This document shows positions 20,595-31,335 of a stretch of 42,935 bases of DNA, in pieces. The notes beneath the pieces are model-generated. The model saw only the letters and a program-made list of their open reading frames with translations. It was not told the DNA's origin and did not search any database. The stretch is from Polyangiaceae bacterium (GTDB taxonomy: Bacteria; Myxococcota_A; Polyangia; Polyangiales; Polyangiaceae), in assembly GCA_050287085.1 (NCBI GenBank), contig JBNKBE010000034.1, positions 1 through 42,935 of the forward strand, read 5' to 3'. Each line of letters begins with the position of its first letter. Positions within the stretch are counted from its first letter, which is position 1. The position numbers and the translations under genes are program-made.

Positions 20595-20604
20595 CCCCGC
20601 CCTC

Positions 20605-21240
20605 ATGAGCGAGCTCCGAAGCCACCGCGCCGACTATCCCTATGCCGACGCCCCGCGTCTCCCTGAATTGGGTGCCCTCGACCCTCGGGAGTTCCTGGCA
20701 GGTTCAACCCCGGTGGAATTGGAGATCGGGCCCGGGCGGGGGGGCTTCATCCTGGAGCGGCTGGCGCACGATCCGGACGTGCGGATCTTCGGGCTGGAGA
20801 TTCGACGCAAGTGGGCCACTCTCGTTCAGCGCAAAATCGCGGAGCATGGCTGGGCCAATCGCGGGGCCCTGTACGCGGAAGACGCCAAACTCATCTTGCC
20901 GCGCCTGGTCGACGCTTGCCTGGGCCGCATCTACGTCCACTTCCCGGATCCGTGGTGGAAGAAGCGCCACGCCAAGCGCCTGATCGCCCAAGCTTCCCTG
21001 GCGGACGCAGCCGCGAGACTGCTGCGTCCAGGCGGAGAGTTCTTCGTTCAGACCGATGTCGAAGAACGCGCGGAGTTGTACCAGACTCTATTTGACGCCC
21101 ACAGCGGCTTTGAGCCGCTACTCCCGGAGGGCCCTCGCAGCCCCGACCCTGAATTCGGCGCTAGAAGCCCGCGCGAACGGCGCGCCCTGGAGGACGGTCT
21201 TCCGATCGTTCGGCTGCGTTATCGACGCAAGGAAAGCTGA
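20605..21240 (+). CDS. trmB: tRNA (guanine-N7)-methyltransferase TrmB
   Basis: LEIGPGRG, GLEIR, FPDPWWKKRHAKR, QTD motifs; start inferred at MSELRS. Confidence 0.92.
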   Translation: MSELRSHRADYPYADAPRLPELGALDPREFLAGSTPVELEIGPGRGGFILERLAHDPDVRIFGLEIRRKWATLVQRKIAEHGWANRGALYAEDAKLILPRLVDACLGRIYVHFPDPWWKKRHAKRLIAQASLADAAARLLRPGGEFFVQTDVEERAELYQTLFDAHSGFEPLLPEGPRSPDPEFGARSPRERRALEDGLPIVRLRYRRKES

Positions 21241-21937
21241 GCAGCTCCGAGACCGACCGGACCACGACATCCGGCTGGGGCGATGGCCGCTCCGGAAGCC
21301 CGACGTCGTAGGCGTCGTGCCAGACCGTTCTTAGGCCGACGGCTTGCGCCCCACCGATGTCCGCTTCCAGATTGTCACCGATCATGATGGCGGCGTGAGG
21401 CTCGAGCCGAAAATGGCGCAGCGCCACTTGGAATACGCGCGGATCCGGTTTGCCAAAACCAAGCTCCCCTTCGACCAGAACCAATTCGAAGTACTGCTCC
21501 AGAGAGAAGCGCTCTAGCTTGCGACGCTGAAAAAGAGCGCCGCCGTTGGTCAGCAGCGCCAGGCGATGGCCGCGACGCGAGAGCTCTTCGACGGCTTCGA
21601 TCGCGCCGTCGAAGGGACGTACATGGGCTTCCTTCGTGTCGGTCATGACATCCGCAAGGGCGTGAGCCACGGCCACGCTGACGTCGAACTGCGCACAAGC
21701 TCGCACGGCGACATCGCGGCGCGCCCGATACAAATCGAGTCGTCCGAGGTGAGCTCTACCCGCGTCGCTCCAATAGTCGTCACTGGCAACTCTAATCGCC
21801 CGCAGCAACGCATCGTGGTCATCCCGCTGTGACAAGCACTCGCGAAGTGCCAAACGCCAAGCATCAGGTTGCCCCGCAGAGAAGCGCAGAATCGTGTCGT
21901 CCAGGTCAAAGAGCAGGGTTTCTGGCAGCACAGGCAT
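21161..21937 (-). CDS. HAD-superfamily hydrolase
   Basis: FDLDDT (motif I), LLTNG, GKPDPRVF, IGDNLEADI. Confidence 0.92.
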   Translation of the reverse strand: MPVLPETLLFDLDDTILRFSAGQPDAWRLALRECLSQRDDHDALLRAIRVASDDYWSDAGRAHLGRLDLYRARRDVAVRACAQFDVSVAVAHALADVMTDTKEAHVRPFDGAIEAVEELSRRGHRLALLTNGGALFQRRKLERFSLEQYFELVLVEGELGFGKPDPRVFQVALRHFRLEPHAAIMIGDNLEADIGGAQAVGLRTVWHDAYDVGLPERPSPQPDVVVRSVSELLSFPCVDNAAERSEDRPPGRAVRAGF

Positions 21938-21998
21938 GCGCCTCTTTACAACAATACGACCCTTGGATTGAAGCCTGCTCCCCGCCGCAATTCCGTAT

Positions 21999-22013
21999 TG
22001 GCACGCATCATGC
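21999..22013 (+). promoter_or_regulatory. Putative sigma54 (-24/-12) promoter
   Basis: TGGCAC-GCATC-ATGC, facing the gene at 22354. Confidence 0.45.
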
Positions 22014-22353
22014 CTACGCGGCTGGGGACTCGCTAGCAGGCATCCTGCCGCCGTTGCTCAGCGCTCCGAATCGCACAGAACATGCTGAGTTGGCGCACCG
22101 CCGGCGGCACATGCCTACGACTTAACGCGACACCGACTGACGGCGAGAGCTCAGCACCTGCCTGTGGCGCCCAGTCCAACGCCTTGAAAGCCTCCTCGCC
22201 GGTGCGCTCTTCGAAGAATTGTCCGCCGTGGCGACAGGCACGCTTTCTCTTGACCAAAACCGCTTACGAGCGGACCCTACCACCTCGAAGGGGGGGCCCT
22301 TCGCAGCCTGGCGCGCGACCGCGTCGGACGAAACGCAAGAAGGGGGAAGAGTC

Positions 22354-23331
22354 ATGATTCGAAACGAACGCGCCGACGGGGACGCTCCAACGCAGCTCGT
22401 CGCCCGCCGCGGGCTCGCGCTGAGACGCCTGTCCAGCGTCGGACTTGCATGTTACGCTACAACCGTCTTCGGCTGCAACGATAGCGCCCAGAGAATCCGT
22501 GAATTGAATGCGGAGGCGGACAAGATCGCGACCGCCTGGGCACCGGAACTGGAGAGCACTCGGGAGGAGCTGTCCCAACTCAATCAGCGCTTGGTCGCTC
22601 TCGGGGAAGACGGCGACGCAGAGCTACGAAGTCTGCTGGCCAACGCCACGACGCAACTCGAAGCCGCACGCTCATCTCTGGGTGAACTTCCCAGCAAAGT
22701 TCAGGAAGCCACCACCGCAGGCACGCTGCGGGAGCTGCCCGACGAGTTTGCCGCAGTCTCGAGCAGCGTTTCGACGACAGTAAATGCCCTTGACGTACGT
22801 CTTGGAACGGCGAAGAAGAAGCTCCAAGAACTCGAAGCCGAAGCCCAAGTAGCAGCCGCCGCGCCCAGCTTCGAGCACACGCTCGCCTCCGGACGCGTCC
22901 TCGTAGGCAAGCCGGGAGGGCTCGAAGCACAGCTGGTTGCGGTACTCGCGTCCACGCGTCGGCCGAGCGACTCGCCGCGCTGGATTGCATTAGATCAAGT
23001 AAAGTTCGCACAAGACTCCGCCCAGTTGGAACCCGAAGCCAGTCGTCGACAACTGGAAAACATTGCGGCGCTGCTCGCTACATACCCGCGGCTGGAGCTT
23101 GAGTTCAGTAGTCGCGGCGATAACCCCGACCAGGCCGCTGACCCCAAACTGGCAGTCGCGCGCAGCGAAAACGTCGTCCGAGCGCTCGAGTCATTGGGTG
23201 CCAGCTCCGGCAGGCTGTCGGTCAGCGTGCGGGGCCAGAAAGCCGCTGATTGTAGCAAAAAAACGACTGAGGATACCTCGCCCTGCGTCTCCGACGCGGC
23301 CCGCGTTTCGGTGCGCGTTGTGCATCGCTAG
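22354..23331 (+). CDS. Lipoprotein with coiled coil and divergent C-terminal OmpA-like domain
   Basis: Lipobox-like VFG-C, heptad-rich middle, VKFAQDSAQL..LENIAALLATYP..RGD..LAVARSENV OmpA-like C-terminus; purine-rich SD before ATG 22354. Confidence 0.7.
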   Translation: MIRNERADGDAPTQLVARRGLALRRLSSVGLACYATTVFGCNDSAQRIRELNAEADKIATAWAPELESTREELSQLNQRLVALGEDGDAELRSLLANATTQLEAARSSLGELPSKVQEATTAGTLRELPDEFAAVSSSVSTTVNALDVRLGTAKKKLQELEAEAQVAAAAPSFEHTLASGRVLVGKPGGLEAQLVAVLASTRRPSDSPRWIALDQVKFAQDSAQLEPEASRRQLENIAALLATYPRLELEFSSRGDNPDQAADPKLAVARSENVVRALESLGASSGRLSVSVRGQKAADCSKKTTEDTSPCVSDAARVSVRVVHR

Positions 23332-23556
23332 GCTCGAAGGGGAGATCCCGGTGCCTGCTCCCGGGGCCGAGGCCCGGCGCCCCCGTCCTGTCATGCCTTG
23401 ATACGCAACCGGTGCGTTCCGCCTCCCGGCGACGCCACGTCGGCCGAGCAATCGGGCACCGAATGTGGATGCGCAGCGCGAGCGCGATCGATATGGTCCA
23501 GCCGTTTTGGCCGCAGCCAATAGCGGCGGGTCTTCGGTTCGACTTGCGAGGCATTG

Positions 23557-25089
23557 ATGAAGGTTGGTATTCCCAGAGAGGTTCACCCCGGCGAACGACG
23601 TGTAGCGGCAACTCCCGACACCGTGAAGCGACTGCAGAAGCTTGGGTTTGAAGTCCTAGTCGAGTCCGGCGCCGGGAACGGAGCCTCGTTCCCGGACACG
23701 TCATTCGAGGAGGCAGGGGCTCGCATCGTTGCTGGCGCTGCAGCGCTGTGGAACGAAGCGGACGTGGTTCTCAAGGTGCAGCCCCCAAAGATGGCGGCAC
23801 CCAATGAGGTGGCCCTGGCTCACGAAGGGCAAGTACTGCTCAGCTTCTTGTGGCCAGCAAAGAACGAGGCTCTGTTGAATGCCCTTGCGGCGCAGGGCGT
23901 CACCGCGCTCGGGATGGATCAGATCCCACGCGTTACGCGCGCCCAAAAGATGGATGCCCTGAGCTCGATGGCAAATATTGCTGGCTATCGTGCGGTCATT
24001 GAAGCGGCGAGCTTCTTCGGGCGTTTCTTCACCGGACAAGTCACGGCGGCGGGCAAGGTTCCCCCAGCCAAAGTACTCGTCATCGGCGCTGGGGTAGCCG
24101 GACTTTCCGCTATCGGTACCGCGCGCGGGCTGGGAGCGATCGTCCGCGCCTTCGACACGAGACCAGCGGTGAAGGACCAAGTCGCCAGCATGGGGGCTGA
24201 CTTCCTCGAACTCAATTTCGAAGAAGACGGCACCGGCTCGGGTGGCTACGCCAAGGTGATGAGCCCTGAGTTCATCGCGGCGGAAATGGCCCTGTTCAAG
24301 CAGCAGGCCGCCGATGTGGACATCATTATCACGACGGCCTTGATCCCAGGACGCCCGGCTCCCGTGCTGTTGCCACGCGATATCGTCGAAGTGATGAAGC
24401 CGGGCTCTGTGATTGTCGACATGGCGGCGGAAGCCGGCGGCAATTGCGAGTTGACGACCCCGGGTGAAGTCACCCACCACAACGGCATCACCATTGTCGG
24501 CTACGTGGATCTCCCCAGCCGACTCGCACCCACGGCAAGCCAGCTATACGGAACCAATCTCTGCCACCTGCTGAGTGATCTCGGCGGCGCTGAGAAGTTC
24601 AAGATTGACCACGAGGATGAGGTGGTTCGCGGCGCACTTGTTTTGGAGCGAGGCCAAATGATGTGGCCACCGCCGAAGCGAGAACAACCCGCCCCCAAGG
24701 CCCCAGAACCGACAAAAGCGATCCCCACCGTTCAGGAGCCGAAGCGCAAGACCAGCCCCTGGGGCGTGCTTGCTGCCCTCGGTCTTGTACTCGGCATCAT
24801 CGGCGTCTCTGCGCCCCCTGAGTTCCTCGGTCACTTCACGGTGTTCATCCTCGCCTGCTTCGTCGGTTGGCAGGTCGTCTGGAACGTAACGCCAGCACTT
24901 CACACCCCACTGATGAGCGTGACCAACGCCATCAGCGGTATCATTCTAATCGGTGGCATGCTCCAGATTTCTGGGCCAGTTGACGCACCGGTCACCATTC
25001 TTGCCGCCGTTGCTGTGCTCGTTGCCACGATCAACGTAGCCGGTGGCTTCCTTGTAACACAGCGTATGCTGCGCATGTTCCAGCGCTAA
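23557..25089 (+). CDS. pntA: NAD(P) transhydrogenase alpha subunit (single-chain)
   Basis: [54 protein letters not shown]. Confidence 0.98.
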   Translation: MKVGIPREVHPGERRVAATPDTVKRLQKLGFEVLVESGAGNGASFPDTSFEEAGARIVAGAAALWNEADVVLKVQPPKMAAPNEVALAHEGQVLLSFLWPAKNEALLNALAAQGVTALGMDQIPRVTRAQKMDALSSMANIAGYRAVIEAASFFGRFFTGQVTAAGKVPPAKVLVIGAGVAGLSAIGTARGLGAIVRAFDTRPAVKDQVASMGADFLELNFEEDGTGSGGYAKVMSPEFIAAEMALFKQQAADVDIIITTALIPGRPAPVLLPRDIVEVMKPGSVIVDMAAEAGGNCELTTPGEVTHHNGITIVGYVDLPSRLAPTASQLYGTNLCHLLSDLGGAEKFKIDHEDEVVRGALVLERGQMMWPPPKREQPAPKAPEPTKAIPTVQEPKRKTSPWGVLAALGLVLGIIGVSAPPEFLGHFTVFILACFVGWQVVWNVTPALHTPLMSVTNAISGIILIGGMLQISGPVDAPVTILAAVAVLVATINVAGGFLVTQRMLRMFQR

Positions 25090-25108
25090 GCGAGGAGACA
25101 ATACGCCA

Positions 25109-26506
25109 ATGACGACTGGACTAGTCACGGCCGCATATCTAGCGGCTGGTATTCTATTCATTCTGAGCCTCGGCGGGCTCAGCAATCAAGAAACCGCTCG
25201 ACGCGGCAACCAAATGGGCATCCTCGGCATGCTCATCGCAATCGTAGGTACGGCGCTAAGCGATACCGTAACAAGCTATCCGGTGCTGCTCGGGGCACTT
25301 GCTGTAGGTGGTGGCATCGGCGCCGTGCTGGCAGCGCGTGTCGAAATGACAAGCATGCCGCAGCTGGTGGCGATCCTGCATAGCTTTGTCGGTCTGGGTG
25401 CGGTCCTCGTCGGCTTCGCCACCCACCTCGACCCCAATGCCCATGCCGAAGGGGCCGCGGCAACGATTCACAATATCGAGATCTTCGTTGGGATCTTCAT
25501 CGGCGCACTGACCTTCACTGGCTCCTTGATCGCATTCGGCAAGCTGCAGGGCGTCGTCGGCAGCAAGCCCTTGCTCTTGCCGGCGCGTCACATGCTGAAC
25601 CTGGCCATTGTCGGCGCCTCGGCCTATCTAGGCATCGGATTCGTCGCAGGGCAGCTCGACCCTATGACGGCATTGCTCGTCATGACCGCCCTCGCCTCGT
25701 TGCTCGGCATTCACATGGTGATGGCCATCGGCGGAGCCGACATGCCTGTTGTCGTGTCCATGCTCAACAGCTATTCCGGCTGGGCTGCCGCCGCCGCTGG
25801 TTTCATGCTCAGCAACGACCTGCTGATCATCACCGGTGCGTTGGTTGGAAGCAGCGGCGCCATTCTGAGCTACATCATGTGCGAGGCAATGAATCGCTCG
25901 TTCTTCAGCGTCATCCTCGGTGGCTTCGGTGACAAGGGTGGAAGCTCCACCTCGAGCATGACCATTGAGGGAGAGGTTAAGCCAACGGACGTCGCAGAAA
26001 CCGTTCGCCTCATGCTCGACGCCAAGGAAGTGGTGATCGTACCGGGCTACGGCATGGCTGTAGCCCAAGCGCAGCATCCTCTGTTTGAGGTTACGCAGCT
26101 CTTGCGCAAGAAAGGCAAGAACGTTCGCTTCGCCATTCATCCCGTAGCGGGACGATTGCCGGGTCACATGAACGTCCTCCTCGCCGAAGCCAAAGTCCCC
26201 TACGACATCGTTTTGGAGATGGAAGAGATCAACGACGACCTGCCCAGTACGCAGGTGGTGTTGGTCATTGGCGCCAACGACATCGTCAATCCAGCCGCCC
26301 TCGAAGACCCAGGCAGCCCGATCTACGGGATGCCCGTGCTGGAAGTGTGGAAGGCGGAAACCACGATCGTGATGAAGCGTGGCATGGCGGCGGGCTACGC
26401 CGGAATTGAGAACCCCCTCTTCTACAAGGAAAACAACTTGATGTTGTTCGGCGACGCAAAGGGCAACGTCGACGCCATCCTGACAGAACTCCGCTCGCGG
26501 ACCTGA
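25109..26506 (+). CDS. pntB: NAD(P) transhydrogenase beta subunit
   Basis: [54 protein letters not shown]. Confidence 0.98.
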   Translation: MTTGLVTAAYLAAGILFILSLGGLSNQETARRGNQMGILGMLIAIVGTALSDTVTSYPVLLGALAVGGGIGAVLAARVEMTSMPQLVAILHSFVGLGAVLVGFATHLDPNAHAEGAAATIHNIEIFVGIFIGALTFTGSLIAFGKLQGVVGSKPLLLPARHMLNLAIVGASAYLGIGFVAGQLDPMTALLVMTALASLLGIHMVMAIGGADMPVVVSMLNSYSGWAAAAAGFMLSNDLLIITGALVGSSGAILSYIMCEAMNRSFFSVILGGFGDKGGSSTSSMTIEGEVKPTDVAETVRLMLDAKEVVIVPGYGMAVAQAQHPLFEVTQLLRKKGKNVRFAIHPVAGRLPGHMNVLLAEAKVPYDIVLEMEEINDDLPSTQVVLVIGANDIVNPAALEDPGSPIYGMPVLEVWKAETTIVMKRGMAAGYAGIENPLFYKENNLMLFGDAKGNVDAILTELRSRT

Positions 26507-26519
26507 GCGTAGACAAGTC

Positions 26520-26558
26520 GGCTTTTCCGCCCGGTCAATGCGATCGGGCGGAGAAGCC
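26520..26558. terminator. Long hairpin between convergent pntB and NYN gene
   Basis: GGCTTTTCCGCCCGGTC-aatgc-GATCGGGCGGAGAAGCC, 17-bp stem including G-U pairs. Confidence 0.55.
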
Positions 26559-26584
26559 TCCGACCCGCAAGCAGTGTCGCCTCG

Positions 26585-27127
26585 CTACTCCGCGCTGGGC
26601 AGGAGCGCTGCGGACGAAGCGCCGCCCCCATCGGCGCGCCGACGTTCGATAAGGTCCGCAAAGGGCCGAGGACGCGTTGCAAGCGCCCCCAAGGCAACAG
26701 CGCGATCGCGCAGCGAGCGGTCACCACTGACGATACAAGCTCGCTGCCCCAAGCGCAGAGCTCGAAGACGACCGAGCAGCGCTTTGTCGGCGTCCGGCGC
26801 ATACACAAGGCAGCACCCAAAGCCCGAAGCGTGCACGCGAGGACTGCTGGCGCCGCCGTCAAAGACGACGATCACCCGCTCGGTCTGGGCAAAAGTGGAG
26901 ATCCATCGCAAGACGCGGGCTTGGTTCTCGGACGTCCACCACGGCGTCCGAACCTTGGCTCCGGCAATTGCTGGGGACCCCGGAAGCCCGTCGCGCAGTA
27001 GGGGCGAAGAAGCGGCTCGCCAAGGGCCCAACAGGCAAGCGTGGAGGACGTTGTAGCCATCAACCAGCCACAGATCGACGTCCTCCGGTCGCATGTGTGC
27101 AGATGTGTGGCGGTCGAAGAAGCGCAT
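26585..27127 (-). CDS. NYN/YacP-like PIN-domain ribonuclease
   Basis: LVDGYNV, VVFDG, AD, VSGD motif set; start could be 27094. Confidence 0.75.
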   Translation of the reverse strand: MRFFDRHTSAHMRPEDVDLWLVDGYNVLHACLLGPWRAASSPLLRDGLPGSPAIAGAKVRTPWWTSENQARVLRWISTFAQTERVIVVFDGGASSPRVHASGFGCCLVYAPDADKALLGRLRALRLGQRACIVSGDRSLRDRAVALGALATRPRPFADLIERRRADGGGASSAALLPSAE

Positions 27128-27383
27128 AGCTCGCGAGGTTCAGTCCTCCCGGGTGGCGGAGGACGGGTGGCGGAGGATCCGCAGCATCGGGACGACCTCT
27201 CAGGAAGTCGACACGAACGGTGGTCTTTGGCGTGAGGATCCGTCTTAGCGCGTCTGGAGCAAGGTCGAAAGAATCTGGGGTCAGAACGAATTCCCTCGCG
27301 CAAAGCGCCCCACGATCGCCGCTGGACGTCGCTTTTGAGCGTGGGCCCTTGGGAGGGACCCGTCCCGATGCTATAGCCGAGCC

Positions 27384-28322
27384 ATGCGCAAGCGACCGCT
27401 CGGAAAAACTGGGCTGACCCTTTCGGAACTGGGTCTGGGAACCTGGGGTCTGTCGGGGGGCGGCTACGGCAACGTCGACGAAGAGGATCGCGCCCAGGTC
27501 GTGGAACGCGCGCTGGCGCTGGGCATCACCACCTTTGAGACCGCAGACGTTTATGCCGCAGGCGAGATGGAGCGCCTGCTTGGGAAGCTGGTGCCCAGCG
27601 AGGAAAGCCACGTCATCATCACCAAGATCGGCACCGATCTCGAGAGCTCCCCAAAGCGCAAGCGCTTCGATCCGGAGTTCCTCGAGCGTGCCCTAGACGC
27701 CTCACAGGAACGCCTGGCTCGCGAGTGTCTGGACGTCGTGCTGCTCCACAATCCGAGCGAGGCCGTGATGTCCCGCGGCAAGGCCGCCGAACTGCTGACT
27801 CGCAAGGTGGAAGAAAAGCGCATTCGCGCTTGGGGCATCAGCGCCGGCACGCGCGAAGTGGTGTGGTCCGCACTCGACGTGGACGCCAAGCCGCAGGTTG
27901 TGCAGATGGCCTACAACGCGCTGCACACGGCCGCCGTCTCAGCCGTCGAGCATACACTGGACGCCCAAGGCATTGGTCTGCTCGCGCGCTCGGTGCTGGC
28001 CCATGGCCTGCTCACCGGTGCCTGGCGCCGGGACAAGACGTTCGATCGCCGCGATCATCGGGGGGAGCGTTGGACCTCCGATCAGCTTCAGCGCCGCCTA
28101 TTCCAACTGCGGGCACTGCGCGACTTGCATGCGACCAGTTTGCGGGCAGCCGCGTTGAACTGGGTGCTCGACAACCCAAGGATCGCATCCGCGGTCCTCG
28201 GACCTCGCTCGACCCTGCAGCTCGACCAACTCGTGCGCGAGGCCGGTTCACCTCCGTATCTCGACGCGGGTCGCAAGCAACGCGTCACCCATCGACTGGG
28301 TGAGCTGGGCGCGCTCCGCTAG
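27384..28322 (+). CDS. Aldo/keto reductase
   Basis: RPLGKTGLTLSELGLGTW, FETADVY, TK, LLH, WGIS. Confidence 0.92.
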   Translation: MRKRPLGKTGLTLSELGLGTWGLSGGGYGNVDEEDRAQVVERALALGITTFETADVYAAGEMERLLGKLVPSEESHVIITKIGTDLESSPKRKRFDPEFLERALDASQERLARECLDVVLLHNPSEAVMSRGKAAELLTRKVEEKRIRAWGISAGTREVVWSALDVDAKPQVVQMAYNALHTAAVSAVEHTLDAQGIGLLARSVLAHGLLTGAWRRDKTFDRRDHRGERWTSDQLQRRLFQLRALRDLHATSLRAAALNWVLDNPRIASAVLGPRSTLQLDQLVREAGSPPYLDAGRKQRVTHRLGELGALR

Positions 28323-28438
28323 CGTTCGGGGCAGCTTGCGTTCGGGGCGCGTGTCAGCACCGTCTGGAGGCTCCTTGTTTCGGGGCGCCCCATGACCTTG
28401 CGTGCGCGCGGGGCAAATCGAGCTATGATGACAGGACC

Positions 28439-29290
28439 ATGGTCAGGGTCGACACAAGCATGATCCTGCAGCTGCAGCGCCTCGCAGAGCGCGCCGGCTG
28501 CGAGATCATGAAGGCATATCAAGCCGCTTATCAGGTCGACTACAAAGCACCTGGTGATCCCGTGACTTCAGCAGATCGTGCAGCCAACGAATTGCTATGC
28601 GAGGGACTGCAGGCCAGCTTTCCAGGTGTGCCGATCGTCGCCGAGGAAAGCATGCCCACCGCGTTTGGCGACTACCAAGATGCGCCCGCCACGTTCTTCG
28701 TCGATCCCATCGACGGCACCCGTGAGTTCATCCAAGGCACGGGGCACTTCGTGGTCATGATCGGCCTTTGCGTTCAAGGCGTCGCCACGGTGGGTGTAGT
28801 GCACGCACCCACTACAGGAGAGACTTGGTTTGGGCGCCGCGACGGACATGCCTTCCATGCAGCGCAAGGACGTTCGCCCGAACGGATCCAAGTGGGTGGT
28901 TGCGACGATCCCGCCTCCGCGCTGGTGTTGATATCGCGCGCAAACCTTTCAGAGCCGAGCCAACAGGCTGCGTCGATTGGAGCAAGAAAAGTCCAGGCTC
29001 TTGGTAGTGCGGGGCTCAAGGGCGTGTGGGTCGCGTCCGGGCGGGCCGACGCCTACTATTCGCCGGGTCCGGCCGGAATGCGATGGGATGCGTGTGCCAT
29101 AGACGCGCTCATCCATGCCGCCGGCGGAACACTCACCAATACTCGGGGCGAAGCGCTGAACTACAATGCTCGCTCCCTATCCAATCGGGGTGGCCTTCTC
29201 GCCGCCAACCCGCGCCTCCACGCGCGACTGGTAGCAGGGCTCGCCGGACGCGACGTTGGAAGATTCGACCCACAGGCCCTCACCGACTGA
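28439..29290 (+). CDS. Inositol monophosphatase family (CysQ-like 3'(2'),5'-bisphosphate nucleotidase)
   Basis: PVTSAD, VAEE, VDPIDGTREF, GSAGLK, WDACA. Confidence 0.88.
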   Translation: MVRVDTSMILQLQRLAERAGCEIMKAYQAAYQVDYKAPGDPVTSADRAANELLCEGLQASFPGVPIVAEESMPTAFGDYQDAPATFFVDPIDGTREFIQGTGHFVVMIGLCVQGVATVGVVHAPTTGETWFGRRDGHAFHAAQGRSPERIQVGGCDDPASALVLISRANLSEPSQQAASIGARKVQALGSAGLKGVWVASGRADAYYSPGPAGMRWDACAIDALIHAAGGTLTNTRGEALNYNARSLSNRGGLLAANPRLHARLVAGLAGRDVGRFDPQALTD

Positions 29291-29394
29291 GACGACCGCG
29301 CTAGCTTTGCGAGGTCCCCCAAACCTACCGGACCGAAACCCGACTTGATTGTTGGCGACGGCCTTTGGGGTAGTGTGCCCTCCCTGCCGAATCG

Positions 29395-29424
29395 TTGACA
29401 CGCCCAGAGCGGCCAGCGTACCGT
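29395..29424 (+). promoter_or_regulatory. Putative sigma70 promoter
   Basis: TTGACA-N18-TACCGT about 110 nt upstream of ATG 29534. Confidence 0.4.
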
Positions 29425-29533
29425 TTCGCCGCAGTCAAGTCTGCGTTTCAACCCGGAGCGATTCCTCTGGAATCGCACACTCACCGAGCACTTCCGCTCG
29501 CCAAGCCAGTACGTCCCCTTGAGGAGGAACCCC

Positions 29534-31312
29534 ATGCTCCGAACCGCGCGCACGCGTTCAATGCGCCTCACAGCCACCCTGCTCCACTCACTGCTGACCG
29601 GCTCCGCAATACTCGCCGGCTCCGTGATCGCAGCCAGCACTCTGACGGCTTGCGCCGACGAGAGCAAACCCGACTACTGGATCGAAAAGCTCGAACAACG
29701 AGAGTGGCGCTCGAAGGCCATCGAACGGTTGACGAACTTCTACGAGGACGCGCTAACAAACGCCAAGAAGAACCCGGAGAACGCCGAGGTCAAAGCCCTG
29801 TTGGGGCAAATCGCCGAGCCGCTTACCCAAGTGTACGTTAACGAGTACGTACAGCTTGATGAGAAGACCCGAGAAGCCCTGATCAACCTGCTGGCTTCTT
29901 TCCGTGATCCGCGAACGCTGCCCGCGCTAAACAAGGCGTTCGAAGAATTCGGCAAGAGCGGGCGCGGCGGGCGCGACGTCAAGTGGGCATCTCGCGCCGT
30001 GCGAGACATGAAGAGCCAAGAAGCTGCCGCGGCCCTATTTGCTGCCTTCAAGAAGACCAAACCTTCGACGCCAGACGGCGCTTACTACCGAGATCTCAAT
30101 GAGGCATTGCTTGCGCTCAAGGACCCAAGCTGGGCAAGCGATCTCATCGGGATACTGGACACAGACTTCCCATTTATTCCTCCGGGCAAGAAGCCAACCG
30201 TTGACCAGCAGAAAGACCTACGAGATGCGGCTTACCTGGCCATCACGTCGGCACAGCTGCTCGGGGAGATGAAGAATGAGTCCGCCGTCAAGCCGTTGAT
30301 GATGGTGGTCTTGGACCCAACGCGCGCGCTAGCCAGCAATGACGCTCTGCTGGCGCTTACCAAGATCGGCAAGCCCGCGGTCGATGCCACCGTCAAGCTC
30401 ATCAAGAATCAGGACAAAGAACTCGCGGAGTACTACGCCAAGCAGGTCCAGAAAGCTACGGGGGCGACGTCTCCTCCCACGGGCAATCCCCATGTGGAGC
30501 AAGCGGCCAAGATGCTTGGGGCAATGGGACGCAGCGAGGGCATCGCACCCGTAATCGAGGTCCTGAAGTCCATAGAAGAGGACGCTGACAAAGTACCGCT
30601 CTTGGTGGCGCTGTCTCAGCTACCCCACACGCCTGAGGTCAAGAAGGCATTCATGGATGCCTACTCTAGCCTGGACTCGGATGCCTCGGCAGGCAGTGCC
30701 AAAGCTGTTACGTTGCTGGCCGAGCCAGCCACCACCTTCTTCGATGACTCGATCACTCGTGACATCGTCAATCTTGGCTTCAAAATGAAGGGCAACGACG
30801 ACGTAACAGACAAGCTGCTGCTGACCCTTGCCGCCATCAAGACAATGGGCCCCGGCGACGTCGGACGCGTTGGCTCGCTGGTAAAGACCCTTCCGAAGGA
30901 CAAGGAGCTGGCTCCGCAGGTGGACAAGATCGCGCATGGCTACGAGGTGGCCAAGGGCGTCCTGGACAGATGCAAGAAGGACGTCGGCTGCTACATCAAG
31001 GAAGCTGGCAAGACGAGCAATCAAAGCGAGAAGGACCAGATGGCGGGCGTCAAGGCGCTCTACATGGTCGGGCAGCTCGGCAAGCCCGCCGATGCGTCCG
31101 CGCTGCTCGAGTCCATGCCCGACTTGGAAAAGCCGTCCTTCCGCTACCTTGCAGCGCAGGTCCTGGACCACATGTTCCCGGCGGGCTCGTCTGAAGTGTC
31201 CGCTAAGCTTCAGGAGCTCGTAGACAAGAACAAGAATTCCATGGATTCTGATAAAGCGGCCGCTGACAAGCCGCTGCGTGATGTGCTCTATCGCCTTGAA
31301 GCCCGAGGCTAG
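29534..31312 (+). CDS. HEAT-repeat (alpha-solenoid) lipoprotein
   Basis: GAGGAGG SD, lipobox LTA-C, HEAT-like repeats (AQLLGEMKNESAVKPL, ALLALTKIGKPAVD, AAKMLGAMG). Confidence 0.75.
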   Translation: MLRTARTRSMRLTATLLHSLLTGSAILAGSVIAASTLTACADESKPDYWIEKLEQREWRSKAIERLTNFYEDALTNAKKNPENAEVKALLGQIAEPLTQVYVNEYVQLDEKTREALINLLASFRDPRTLPALNKAFEEFGKSGRGGRDVKWASRAVRDMKSQEAAAALFAAFKKTKPSTPDGAYYRDLNEALLALKDPSWASDLIGILDTDFPFIPPGKKPTVDQQKDLRDAAYLAITSAQLLGEMKNESAVKPLMMVVLDPTRALASNDALLALTKIGKPAVDATVKLIKNQDKELAEYYAKQVQKATGATSPPTGNPHVEQAAKMLGAMGRSEGIAPVIEVLKSIEEDADKVPLLVALSQLPHTPEVKKAFMDAYSSLDSDASAGSAKAVTLLAEPATTFFDDSITRDIVNLGFKMKGNDDVTDKLLLTLAAIKTMGPGDVGRVGSLVKTLPKDKELAPQVDKIAHGYEVAKGVLDRCKKDVGCYIKEAGKTSNQSEKDQMAGVKALYMVGQLGKPADASALLESMPDLEKPSFRYLAAQVLDHMFPAGSSEVSAKLQELVDKNKNSMDSDKAAADKPLRDVLYRLEARG

Positions 31313-31335
31313 ACACTAGCTCGCTCGCAAAGACG

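Noticed and set aside
20005..20604. 200-aa N-terminal extension of TrmB in the ORF track
   Set aside because: Low-complexity, overlaps the DUF465-like gene in another frame; a promoter-like motif and ATG at 20605 fit a normal-length TrmB
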